IMG/VR virus record: IMGVR_UViG_3300025101_000028
Span: 1 to 61,787 of that record
From: a virus
Taxonomy: Duplodnaviria > Caudoviricetes
DNA length: 61,787 nucleotides
Strand: one strand, 5' to 3'
Part shown: positions 42,540 to 52,111 of the stretch, piece by piece
Layout of the letters: the number at the start of each line of letters is the position of its first letter
Position numbering within the stretch: position 1 is the first letter of the stretch
Made by a program: the position numbers and the translations under genes
Notes under the pieces: generated by a model
What the model saw: only the letters and a program-made list of their open reading frames with translations
Database searches by the model: none
Told to the model about the DNA's origin: nothing

Positions 42540-43870
42540 TTACCCCCCAATATTTTTACTTTGATCACTTTGTTTTCTTTGAAAAGAGAGCTAACCTTAC
42601 CTTGCTTGATAGCAGTAAGTTCACCAGCATCTTTATCTTTTACCATATCTGTGAACTCGCCTTGTTCATCTAGAAAGCCTGCCATTTCCATTCCCTTGAT
42701 GGATCTATTAATTTTTCTTTCATACTTGTCCAATAAAAATTCAGGTATAGAGTCTGCTACTCTTAAGATATTTATCATGTTACCCGGATAAGCACCCATC
42801 TTTAGAGCCTCTTTGGTTCTGTCTAAGTCTTGATTAAAAGGAGCAGAAAAGTTTTCATTAATTTCTGAGTCTGTCATTTCATCTACTGGTTTTTCATAGG
42901 GGTCCATTCTTTCACTTGAGTTTATGAATGCTTGAAGATAGAAAGGCATCATCAAATTAACTCTTCCAGCAGCTGGTGCTTTGGATATTGCTTTTACATG
43001 AGGTGCGTGACCGTGCTGTCTACCTCTTTCTTCTGATTTTGTTAAGCCATTGAGATAGTTTATAGCGAAGGTGCTACCATCTAAAGATGTAACATTGTTT
43101 TTTTGTTTAAGACCATCTGCTTGGGCAAGGTTGTAGCATGCATCCCAAATATAATCAAATAAAAAATAAGGCTTGTGTTCATCAGGGATATTATTAAATT
43201 CTCTTGACCCTTTGTACATGTGATCTCTGGTTCCTTCGATTCCTTGTGTGTTTGATGTTCCAAATAGAGCACCGCTTCTGAATTTTGCAAACTGTAGTCT
43301 TTTAAAGTCACCAGGGGCTCCCTTTGACATAAAGGATGAAACTAAGGAAGGTTGGGTTTGTGATGAAACATGACTATCGATTCCTTTTTTAACATTCGTA
43401 AAGTCAGAAAAGAAAACATCAATCAATACTTGATAATCTCCTATCGCATCAACAAAAGCATTAGCTCGGGATCTTATCTCCTTCACAACAGTGTCAATAT
43501 TATTGCCGTTTCCTATATGCCACTTACCGTCTCTTTTATAAGTACCTTTGTAAAGATAATAAAGTAAGCTAGTTTCTCTAGGATCTCTAACAGGACCATA
43601 GCTTTTTGTCTCTTTATCGTAATCGTATTCTTCATCATCTTCATCATAGCCGCTATAAGTGTCTATGTATTCGCCCGGATTATCTCTAAACCAAGTGTAG
43701 CGATCTTTATCAATTTCATCTTTTCTGTCAGCGAATGTGTTAACGTCAAGTGTTGGTTTTGTTAACGTAGTGTCTATCAATCTTGCAATAACTATTCTAG
43801 CTTTTTCGATTTGGTCTTGTGTGTAAGTTTGTGTGTTTTCTTTTAGCAACCTTTTAATCTTTATTTTCAT
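42536..43870 (-). CDS. putative virion-packaged protein
   Basis: MKIKIKRLLKE start; LFKENKVIKVKI end. Confidence 0.65.
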   Translation of the reverse strand: MKIKIKRLLKENTQTYTQDQIEKARIVIARLIDTTLTKPTLDVNTFADRKDEIDKDRYTWFRDNPGEYIDTYSGYDEDDEEYDYDKETKSYGPVRDPRETSLLYYLYKGTYKRDGKWHIGNGNNIDTVVKEIRSRANAFVDAIGDYQVLIDVFFSDFTNVKKGIDSHVSSQTQPSLVSSFMSKGAPGDFKRLQFAKFRSGALFGTSNTQGIEGTRDHMYKGSREFNNIPDEHKPYFLFDYIWDACYNLAQADGLKQKNNVTSLDGSTFAINYLNGLTKSEERGRQHGHAPHVKAISKAPAAGRVNLMMPFYLQAFINSSERMDPYEKPVDEMTDSEINENFSAPFNQDLDRTKEALKMGAYPGNMINILRVADSIPEFLLDKYERKINRSIKGMEMAGFLDEQGEFTDMVKDKDAGELTAIKQGKVSSLFKENKVIKVKILGGK

Positions 43871-44147
43871 CTATTTTTACCTCTAATAAAAAGTTCTCGG
43901 GCATCATTCTAACTAGTTCTTTGCCTACTAAAATGTCATAACACCACCATTCAAAATAAACCAGTTCATGATACGATTCAACAGATTTGTATGAGTATGG
44001 ACCTTTTGCTACTATCCCTAATTCACTTTTAGCTAAAACAACACCAAAGCCTCTAATCTTCACCAGATCACCGATGGAAAAAAGAGGCTTTGTTATTGGT
44101 TTAGTGGATTTCGTCACATGCTTTGCACTTTTTAGGGTGTCCATCAA
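43854..44147 (-). CDS. SH3/KOW-like protein
   Basis: FSIGDLVKI...LGIV...YDILV. Confidence 0.7.
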   Translation of the reverse strand: MMDTLKSAKHVTKSTKPITKPLFSIGDLVKIRGFGVVLAKSELGIVAKGPYSYKSVESYHELVYFEWWCYDILVGKELVRMMPENFLLEVKIDENKD

Positions 44148-44222
44148 AATAAATTCTTGGCAAGTCTAATCTTTTTACATTTCTACAACTTCCTGCGAAC
44201 AGAAACACCATTGTGTATATTA

Positions 44223-45173
44223 TTAATTGTATTTTTTTATCCATATTTTCCTCCGTTTTTTGGATTCTTGCAAACCAGTATCTGGTTTTGGTGATTGTAT
44301 TCTTCTAGCCGTTTCTTCAAGATATTCAGATATTTTAAAATCATCACCTTGAGATAATTCAAATTCTTTTAAGATATAGATCCTTTCTTGCTTAGAACCC
44401 ATATGGTATTTTCTAATTACTTTTTTTACAGCTTCCTCACTTTCTTGAACGTATCTTCCATTTCTCTCAACGTATGCGTTCTCTGCGACGTCGTCCAAAA
44501 ACTCATAAATTTTTTGTTGCCACACATCGAATGCAACAGACCAAGAAAGTGGTAAATAGATTTGCCCTTCCTCATTGTAAAGATAAAGTATATTATCAAA
44601 AGGTGGGTTGTAAGGCCAAGCATGCGGGCTGTATAGGTTGTTGTGTAAATTTACAATCTCCTTGGTGTAATACCAATCTTTTTGTTGTTCAACGGTTAAT
44701 CCAGTAGTTGGCAAAACTTCATCTGGTTCTAGTGCTCCGGGATGAACGTAAACCATCTTGGGATTAAGTTGGTACCAGCTACCTTTATATTTCTTTATCA
44801 TCCTTTTCATTGGTATTTTTGGATTATATGTGCCTTTCATCCAGCCATCTTTTATGATACCGTCTGCTAGTTCTGGTGAGTTTGCCGCTTCTACTTCTTT
44901 ATTTCTCCAATTATAATCACCTTTTTTCTTTATTTCATCTTGATATTTTTGTAATTCAGTTCTTGTATCTTTTGGTTTTACATCTTCAGGTGTTACATTT
45001 TTCTTTAATGAAGCCAATGTGGCACCACCAACAAGACCTAGAGCCCCTAATCCTTTTATAAAGTTTCTCCTACTAACAGCCTCGTTTAGTGCTTCAATTC
45101 CAGGATGATATATCCTAGGCAACTCTTCTTTCCTCCAGTTTTCAAATATCTTATCTACTCTTTTATATGACAT
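44223..45173 (-). CDS. leader-family protein with internal twin-arginine signal
   Basis: KIFENWR...LNE-AVSRRNFIKGLGALGLVGGATLA. Confidence 0.7.
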   Translation of the reverse strand: MSYKRVDKIFENWRKEELPRIYHPGIEALNEAVSRRNFIKGLGALGLVGGATLASLKKNVTPEDVKPKDTRTELQKYQDEIKKKGDYNWRNKEVEAANSPELADGIIKDGWMKGTYNPKIPMKRMIKKYKGSWYQLNPKMVYVHPGALEPDEVLPTTGLTVEQQKDWYYTKEIVNLHNNLYSPHAWPYNPPFDNILYLYNEEGQIYLPLSWSVAFDVWQQKIYEFLDDVAENAYVERNGRYVQESEEAVKKVIRKYHMGSKQERIYILKEFELSQGDDFKISEYLEETARRIQSPKPDTGLQESKKRRKIWIKKYN

Positions 45174-45870
45174 TTCTAATTCTCCTGTATGCATTCACGG
45201 TTTCAGGCCAAAGGTCAGTTGCTATATCCAGACAAGCCTCAGCAACTTTTTGTATTTCCCATTGTGCTCCTTCGTGTGTCCTAAGATCAATAAACTTTAA
45301 AAGATTATTTAAATTTACTGTTCCGTAATACTCTGTGTATAGGTTTTGTGGAAGTATCATTCTTGCTTGTTCTCTACAAACACCAGCATCAAGCATAACC
45401 TGAAAAGTGTCAAGGCAATCTTTGGTTCTATTTTTAAGTAGCTCTGCACAAGTGAGCTTAGAAAGGTTTTTATAAGCTAACGGGTTTCGTAGATCGTCTG
45501 CGTTTGAGGCTTGTCTGTTTGATTCATGTTGTGTTCTGAATTCGCTTGGGAGATAGAACTGGATGTCTTTGTCTGTGTATCTTCTTGAGATTTCATTGTA
45601 TGACCAAGTACGATGTCTGTGGTGTTGAGAACGAACAAACAAAGGCACAACAAACTTGAAAGTAATAACATTGTGCTCGAGAGTTGAAGTATGTTTGTGT
45701 TTAATAAGATAATTGATAAGCTTTCTGTCTCTATCATTAAGCTTATCTTTCTCCACGCCAAACGAGACCCTTGCCGAGTTGACAATAGTAAGATCACTAC
45801 CCATATGTTCAATATAAGACACAAACCCGATACCATCATTGTAAAGGGATACTGTTTTATCATATTCCAT
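45163..45870 (-). CDS. thyX: FAD-dependent thymidylate synthase
   Basis: IVNSARVSF, HTSTLEH, QHHRHRTWSYNEISRRY, AQWEI. Confidence 0.96.
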   Translation of the reverse strand: MEYDKTVSLYNDGIGFVSYIEHMGSDLTIVNSARVSFGVEKDKLNDRDRKLINYLIKHKHTSTLEHNVITFKFVVPLFVRSQHHRHRTWSYNEISRRYTDKDIQFYLPSEFRTQHESNRQASNADDLRNPLAYKNLSKLTCAELLKNRTKDCLDTFQVMLDAGVCREQARMILPQNLYTEYYGTVNLNNLLKFIDLRTHEGAQWEIQKVAEACLDIATDLWPETVNAYRRIRNVI

Positions 45871-46580
45871 TACCTAGTCCTTTGTAGTTCTAGTAAAACT
45901 TCAATCTGATATCTTAAATTCCTTTTTTCTAATTCTGATTTTGAATTTCTAACTTGTTGTTTCAATGAGCGAATAGACTCAGCAAATGTTGCTTTTGTAC
46001 CACGAACTTTAGTATAATAACCAGTATCATTCATCATTTTATCTAAAGAGTTCCATGGACCTGCCCATGATTTTTTAATTCTATGATCTTCGCCGGGTCC
46101 TGGTGCACCTGTTGGATAGATTGCAATAAAAGGTTCTTGACGTTCTTCACCCGTTGGTTCTACTATTGTCCTAGAATAACCATATGAAAAAGATTCTTGA
46201 TCTGACATAGCACAAGCCTTGTTGGCAACATCAAATAGACTCGTGTCTGTTTTTGGAACGTCAGGCCTAGTCTCATCTTCAAAAACAAGATAAGATTTTT
46301 CAATTTGTGAAACAGATTCTTCGCCTGTTGGCTCTCCTGTTTCTGGGTTCTTTGGTGTTTCTTTATAACCACCTTCAACAACCGTATAAGGGTATCCTGT
46401 TGAATTAAGAAATTCTCTTACCTGTTGGTCTACAGCTCTATTTTGTCTAGCACTTCTTTCACCACGATAAGTGGAGAAAACAGCAAATGTTTTCCCTGCT
46501 CCTATCTTATCTTTGGCTTTTTGAAACGTTGCCATTTCTCTAAGAATCATTTCTCTTAATAATTGTTTAGTCAGTTTCAT
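45870..46580 (-). CDS. SAM lyase-like protein with head-targeting-type leader
   Basis: FSTYR...N, GGYKE, EKSYLV, VANKAC..DQES line up with T3 SAMase motifs (VSAFR, GCYRE, EKTVRV, VARLAC..EQDC). Confidence 0.6.
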   Translation of the reverse strand: MKLTKQLLREMILREMATFQKAKDKIGAGKTFAVFSTYRGERSARQNRAVDQQVREFLNSTGYPYTVVEGGYKETPKNPETGEPTGEESVSQIEKSYLVFEDETRPDVPKTDTSLFDVANKACAMSDQESFSYGYSRTIVEPTGEERQEPFIAIYPTGAPGPGEDHRIKKSWAGPWNSLDKMMNDTGYYTKVRGTKATFAESIRSLKQQVRNSKSELEKRNLRYQIEVLLELQRTR

Positions 46581-46854
46581 CTTCTAATCTCCCATAGATA
46601 TAATTTTCTAAAACTAAATAGTTCTTTTCACCCTTTATTTCAATTTCAATCAACATTCTACGTTCAACAACAACATGATCACAGACTTCGACAAGAATCT
46701 TGCAGTCCTGTGCTTTGTCAAGAACTTTAACCACCAAGTATGGTGACTCTTGTTTCTTATAATCTTGTGGTAGAGCGATAAGTGACTCTTGTTTTTCTTC
46801 TTCATCATCGACAAGTTCAACAAGAACGTGTCTATTGTAAACGTGTGTAAACAT
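46567..46854 (-). CDS. groES: co-chaperonin GroES-like
   Basis: NRHVLVE, LIALP, V.V.DHVV, EIEIKGEKNYLVLENYIYG. Confidence 0.75.
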   Translation of the reverse strand: MFTHVYNRHVLVELVDDEEEKQESLIALPQDYKKQESPYLVVKVLDKAQDCKILVEVCDHVVVERRMLIEIEIKGEKNYLVLENYIYGRLEDETD

Positions 46855-47106
46855 TTATTCTCCTTTTGTGTTTTGTTTTTCTTCTAAATCCGTTTCACAA
46901 TCATCCCACATAGATTTTTTACTTAATGGAATTGCATTTTTGAATATGTTCTCAACACACTCAATGCAGACATCATATAATAAAACATCTCCATCCTTTG
47001 GAGATCCATAGTGATGTGTAATTTCAACAGAGCAGTGATTTTCATTATCGAAAGTTGGAATGACCACTTTTTTGCACAATGCGCAAGTTTGTTTATCTTC
47101 TTCCAT
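46855..47106 (-). CDS. zinc-ribbon protein
   Basis: CALC...YGSPKDG...CIEC. Confidence 0.7.
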   Translation of the reverse strand: MEEDKQTCALCKKVVIPTFDNENHCSVEITHHYGSPKDGDVLLYDVCIECVENIFKNAIPLSKKSMWDDCETDLEEKQNTKGE

Positions 47107-47230
47107 ACAACCTCCAATAAAATTAAACTTGTCACGCAAAGAAGAGTTGCCACAAGTTCTATTCAACACCATAAGTCGAACAGCATAATTATATTATAAC
47201 ACATTATCTATTGTTTGTCAAATGTTTTAT

Positions 47231-47857
47231 TTATTTTTTATATGGTTGTAGTTTAAAACCATCAATATGTTTTGCCAATGGTTTGCTTTTGGGGTGCTTT
47301 TCCACTGCGTATTTGTTATAGTAACCTATTGCATCTTGAGGGTTAGAAAATTGTTTTGATAATTTTGGACTAAAAACATTTACACCATTATAGTCTGTTG
47401 GGTAGAAATTTACAAACCAGTCCTCAGACAACATTTTGTCGGTAATACTTCCATCTTCGTCTTGATTAAGGTAGATTTCAATCCAACCTCCTACTGGTGC
47501 ATATGATGGATCTGGACGAAGTTTAGAGTAGTGTTGGAACCGATTTTGATATATATCATGTGCTTCAAACTCCGAATCACCTCTGGGGAGTTTAAGAAAG
47601 ATTGGTTCATCAATCGCATCTGCTAGTTCTGTGGCATGAATTGGATCTTGTCCGTAAAGTGTGACTAATTTCTCATGATTCTTAGGATTATCAATTTGCA
47701 TTCCACGATCACCTGCTGCTTGTATGTATGTGTCTGTGTTTTTGTAGGGCTTCACCATGTCTTCAGCATCTTGTCTGCGTTTGTCAAAAACTCTTCGACT
47801 CATACTTTTGTATTCTTCTGTTATAAATTGTTCTAATTTTTGTTTTGTAAGTTTCAT
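47231..47857 (-). CDS. leader-family protein
   Basis: MKLTKQKLEQFITEEYKSMSRRVFDKRR. Confidence 0.8.
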   Translation of the reverse strand: MKLTKQKLEQFITEEYKSMSRRVFDKRRQDAEDMVKPYKNTDTYIQAAGDRGMQIDNPKNHEKLVTLYGQDPIHATELADAIDEPIFLKLPRGDSEFEAHDIYQNRFQHYSKLRPDPSYAPVGGWIEIYLNQDEDGSITDKMLSEDWFVNFYPTDYNGVNVFSPKLSKQFSNPQDAIGYYNKYAVEKHPKSKPLAKHIDGFKLQPYKK

Positions 47858-48567
47858 TTTTTTAATCTTTTCTCATAATCTAAATCTTTACGAACCGATT
47901 TTCTTATTTTTTCTTTTTTCATTTGTTCGATTTGTTCATCTGTTATTCTAGGAATTTCAGAGGAATCTATGTTAAAAGAACCAAACCGGCGAGAAGGGTG
48001 TGTTGGGTCAAGTTCAGAGTGAAACTGCTTTCTTGGTCCTTTATCACCTACGTACTGTTTCATCATTTCTTCATCTCTAATCATTTCTTGTCCGCGTTGA
48101 CCCATGAACTCGTACCTTTCGTAACGTTCTTTTTCTGATGGGCTCATGTGGATTCTGTGAATGTAAGGCTCGTCTTCAAAACCATCTCTTCCTGGTGCAA
48201 AAGGATCGTTATCTGAGCTATAAATTGCGTCTTGAACGTCTAGTGTGTCCAAAAGTTCTCTGGCTTGGACAAAGCCTTCCTCATCGCTGTTTAGTAAAGT
48301 TTTTAATTTTTCTTTATTTTCAGGTGATAATCTTGGATTTTGATCAATCGCATCATTTAAATCATTGCCTTTATAAAGATACTTACCTTGTCCATATTTT
48401 TGCATTTGTCTTGGGTCATACTCACCAGAAACATATCTTCTACCAGAAACTTTTGGCACGTTTCTAAGCAACGGTGATTTATATTGATCATCGCCATTTG
48501 TTTCATTAAGAACATTTTCTAATTCTTCTTTAATTATTTGTCGTAACTGTTGGTTTGTGATCTTCAT
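47854..48567 (-). CDS. leader-family protein
   Basis: MKITNQQLRQIIKEELENVLNE. Confidence 0.8.
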   Translation of the reverse strand: MKITNQQLRQIIKEELENVLNETNGDDQYKSPLLRNVPKVSGRRYVSGEYDPRQMQKYGQGKYLYKGNDLNDAIDQNPRLSPENKEKLKTLLNSDEEGFVQARELLDTLDVQDAIYSSDNDPFAPGRDGFEDEPYIHRIHMSPSEKERYERYEFMGQRGQEMIRDEEMMKQYVGDKGPRKQFHSELDPTHPSRRFGSFNIDSSEIPRITDEQIEQMKKEKIRKSVRKDLDYEKRLKK

Positions 48568-48585
48568 CTTATTTCTCCTAATAAA

Positions 48586-48614
48586 AAACCCTATGATAAA
48601 TAGTCATAGGGTTT
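48586..48614 (-). terminator. terminator hairpin with CTATTTA loop
   Basis: AAACCCTATGA-TAAATAG-TCATAGGGTTT; T-tract on minus strand. Confidence 0.7.
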
Positions 48615-48638
48615 GTAAATAACAAGAAAATAGACTTT

Positions 48639-48824
48639 TTACTCTTCGTTTTTCTTAGCTTGAATTTCTTTGCGAAGTTCTTGGAATTGACCTCTGGCTT
48701 CATGAAGAGTCTTTCTGGCACGGACAGCTGCTGCTTTGTAACCATAGGACTTTTCATCCACTTTTTCTATGTCCTCAAGAATGGCTTGAAGTCTTTCAAT
48801 TAATTGTTCTAGTTTTTGTTTCAT
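48639..48824 (-). CDS. histone H1-like (Hc1-type) small protein
   Basis: GYKAAAVRARK...QELRKEIQ. Confidence 0.7.
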   Translation of the reverse strand: MKQKLEQLIERLQAILEDIEKVDEKSYGYKAAAVRARKTLHEARGQFQELRKEIQAKKNEE

Positions 48825-48835
48825 GTTTTCTCCAT

Positions 48836-50692
48836 TTAGTTAATTTCACAAGCACCGCCGGCACACGCCAGTTCGCCTGTAAGGTTAGTGTTGTCATCGA
48901 TTTCGATAACTTTGTCCAAGTCAACTTCTTTTAAAGAAGGCAGTAAGGCTTCATAATCTTCCTTGGTGCAATCTTCAAAAGGAGCTTGTTTGTAAGAGTG
49001 TTCTGAATAGGGTAAGACGGACAAACCATTATAGTTATGTTTGTTATTCCACATCCAGTCTCCAACCTCTTGCCACTCGTCAGGTTTGATAGTAATAGTG
49101 GCCGATACATTATTAGTGTTTTGGCCTTTTCTATGTCCTGTCTTTACCCATTCGAGATGGACTTTCTTTACTCTCTCAAGTAAATCTAATGCTGATTCGT
49201 GCCGCGTAATTGACCCTTCAGGGGCTTTTTGAGGCACAGAGATTACAGCAGTATCGTGAGGTCTAAAATATTCGTCCTCAACTAATTCAGGGTGGTTCAC
49301 CTGAAGGTAAGTGTAAATAGATTCGCCCTTACCTACGCGGATTCTACGTAGATAATAGTCGTTATGCCACGCATGAATTCCAGAACTTGTTCCAAGAGTC
49401 AAGCTTGTTGTTCCTGCTGGTTTTACAGTTGTGCAACGAGAAGCAGGACCTATTCCAATCTGTTTCGCTACTTGTGCATTTAGCTCTTTTACACAGTTTG
49501 CAGCTCTTGGCATATCTAATTCAAGAACTTTTCCGGATGCTATACCGGTCATTGAGACTCCAATTAAATAATCTTTCTCTGTGTTTCTCTTCCAGACAGG
49601 TCGAAGATAATGAAAATCAGTGTAAGCTGCTTGAAGTGTTCCTATGATAGCTGCTGCTTGGGCTCTGTTATCCAATTCATCTTGGTTTTCAACATCAGAG
49701 ACATTGATCTCTGTCAAATTACAAAATTGAAATGGTCTCAGAGAGATTTCGCAACATGGATTACAGCCATAGTCTTTATCATTAGTAAAATAAAAACCAG
49801 GTTCTCCGGCACCAGATGCCTTTACACGCTCCCAAAGCCTTAAAAAAGTCTCTTTGTCAATACGGTGCCTCATTACCACTACAGAATTATTTGCACGTCC
49901 TCTTTGGGGATTCTCCTCCCACCAAGCACCACTTTTGGCTCCAAGCATGGCGTCATCAGTTGCAGAAAATAGCGAAATCAAAGCAGCCCTTCTGATACCG
50001 CCAGCCAATACAGCATCAGCAACATGGCATATAATATCATGAACTTCAAGTGTAGTAAGTTGGTCTCCATTTTCTTTTTGCTCTAGAATCCCTGAGATTT
50101 TCACAAGACACTCTTTTAGTGGTTGTGGTCCGGGTGCTTTACCACCTGATGTTACTAATCTTGCACCCTTTGGGCGAATATCTGAAAAGTCAAAGCGCAA
50201 TTTTGATCCTCCTGTAAAGTATGCCTTCATTAATGCATTGATAGAATCTGACCATCCTTCAATAGAGTCTCCAATAAGAAAACGTCTGGTTCTTTTACCA
50301 GTTGGTTTTTTTATGTTAGGTAGTTTTTCAACATGATGATTTTGAACTGAGTATCCTACGCCAGTTCCACCAAGAAGAAGAAACATTATCTCTCCAAAAA
50401 CTTTCATATGATCAATTGGAGCATAAGCACAGTTAAATATTCTGTTGGGTGATACATCAATAGGTTTGCCACCAAATTGCATGCTTCTCATGGAAGGTAA
50501 CACTTCTTTTCTGTAAACATAACCATAAGCCCAGTTAATTGTTTCTTTTAAACTGGGAAATTTTTTAAAGTGCATTTCTTTATTTCTAGTAACCAATTCG
50601 TTCCAGTTCTCTCTTCTCTCTAGCTCTGGTATGTACCGAGCGTATTTCATGTGGACTGTTATATCCGATAGTATTTTGTTTTCTATAGCCAT
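48836..50692 (-). CDS. nrdJ: class II (B12-dependent) ribonucleotide reductase, monomeric type
   Basis: PSMRSMQF, NCAY, GTGVG, GGIRRAALI, NPCCEI, TVKPAGT, C-terminal CAGGAC. Confidence 0.93.
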   Translation of the reverse strand: MAIENKILSDITVHMKYARYIPELERRENWNELVTRNKEMHFKKFPSLKETINWAYGYVYRKEVLPSMRSMQFGGKPIDVSPNRIFNCAYAPIDHMKVFGEIMFLLLGGTGVGYSVQNHHVEKLPNIKKPTGKRTRRFLIGDSIEGWSDSINALMKAYFTGGSKLRFDFSDIRPKGARLVTSGGKAPGPQPLKECLVKISGILEQKENGDQLTTLEVHDIICHVADAVLAGGIRRAALISLFSATDDAMLGAKSGAWWEENPQRGRANNSVVVMRHRIDKETFLRLWERVKASGAGEPGFYFTNDKDYGCNPCCEISLRPFQFCNLTEINVSDVENQDELDNRAQAAAIIGTLQAAYTDFHYLRPVWKRNTEKDYLIGVSMTGIASGKVLELDMPRAANCVKELNAQVAKQIGIGPASRCTTVKPAGTTSLTLGTSSGIHAWHNDYYLRRIRVGKGESIYTYLQVNHPELVEDEYFRPHDTAVISVPQKAPEGSITRHESALDLLERVKKVHLEWVKTGHRKGQNTNNVSATITIKPDEWQEVGDWMWNNKHNYNGLSVLPYSEHSYKQAPFEDCTKEDYEALLPSLKEVDLDKVIEIDDNTNLTGELACAGGACEIN

Positions 50693-50708
50693 TCTATTCT
50701 CCTTATTG

Positions 50709-52064
50709 TTATTTAGATCCTGATAGTTTTGTGTAATACTTTTGAAGATTTGACAGTTGTTCTTTGGCGTTCAACTGTGGAGGTTCTTCATCACCTCTTC
50801 TTTCTAAGACATCTATTGATACAGTTGACCAATCAACTGCAGCAGGAAAGACCAGTCCATCTGGTCCGTTTCTGTTCTTAGCAATAAATATACGCCCCGA
50901 ATTAGCTTGCTTATCTTGCGGAGTTCTCGATAGTGAAAAAATAAAGTCAGCAACAAAACACTTGTTAAAAGCTTCTGATATGGACTCCATTGTGATAACT
51001 TCAGCATTAAGACCTCCACGGTTTGTTTGAGACGCTGTAATAAAGGCACATTCAAATTCAGTTGCCATACCTCTAAGTTCTTCATAAATACTTTCCAAGT
51101 CGTGCCTCTTTTCTGCTCCATGGGATATTGGTCGAAGCAAATCAGCATAGTCAACAATGACAATATCAGGTAAGATATTTTGCTTTTTTAGCTTCTCTAG
51201 ATGATTCTTTATGGACTTAGTTGAAGCAGACTTGGTTGGGTATTCTTTGATAATTAGTTTGCCTGATACGTCTTGTATCTTTTCTTTTACTAAATCTTTA
51301 GAGTCCATAATATCTCGAAGATCAATTTTGGCAAGACATGAGTCGTACCGAATACCAACAACAGTATCAGCAAGCTCTAAAGTATAATGTACAACCTTCT
51401 TGCCTAGCATTAAAGCTTGTGCTCCAAGATGAACCAGTACCATTGACTTACCAGCACCAGTTGGGGCAATAACAACAGCTAGTTCTTTAGCTCCGATACC
51501 TCCTTTGGTTATTTCGTCTATGCGTTGCCAACCTGTTGTTATTGGCTTACGTGACTTCTTAACGTAACGTTCATCCACATCCATAAACCAATCATGACCA
51601 AAGTTTTGATCATTACCTTTTGACAAAGCTTCGTTGATTATCTTTGTAATTGAGTCATAGTTTCCTTTCTTCACCAAATTTGCAGACTCAAGTATAGCTT
51701 TCTTTAAACATTGTTTCTTGCAAAAGTCAATGGCTTGATCTTTAATATACGCCTTATCGTTGACATCATCTGATTGTATTCTAACTAAAAAGTCCCTTAG
51801 TTGTTTATTGACAGCACCATCATAATTACTATTGCCCTTTTTAATTTCTGTGTGTAAAGTGGCAAAGTGTGGGTGTTGATTATACTTTTCCCTATAATCT
51901 AAAATTATTTCAACAAAAGCTCTAAGATATGAGGAGTCAAAAAATTCCAACTCCAATATCTCTGTTATTTGATCACAAAAAGGTCTATCCTCCATCATTA
52001 ATCTAGCAACGCTTTCTTGAAACTTCTTGCCGTAACCGACAAAAGTGTCTTTATCCTTATTCAT
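50709..52064 (-). CDS. replicative helicase (DnaB/gp41-like)
   Basis: APTGAGKS, YTLEL, IVDYADL, TASQTNR, AKNRNG. Confidence 0.93.
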   Translation of the reverse strand: MNKDKDTFVGYGKKFQESVARLMMEDRPFCDQITEILELEFFDSSYLRAFVEIILDYREKYNQHPHFATLHTEIKKGNSNYDGAVNKQLRDFLVRIQSDDVNDKAYIKDQAIDFCKKQCLKKAILESANLVKKGNYDSITKIINEALSKGNDQNFGHDWFMDVDERYVKKSRKPITTGWQRIDEITKGGIGAKELAVVIAPTGAGKSMVLVHLGAQALMLGKKVVHYTLELADTVVGIRYDSCLAKIDLRDIMDSKDLVKEKIQDVSGKLIIKEYPTKSASTKSIKNHLEKLKKQNILPDIVIVDYADLLRPISHGAEKRHDLESIYEELRGMATEFECAFITASQTNRGGLNAEVITMESISEAFNKCFVADFIFSLSRTPQDKQANSGRIFIAKNRNGPDGLVFPAAVDWSTVSIDVLERRGDEEPPQLNAKEQLSNLQKYYTKLSGSK

Positions 52065-52111
52065 ATTATCCTCCGAATGTTTTATAAGTATAACCTATTA
52101 TCTCTAAATTG

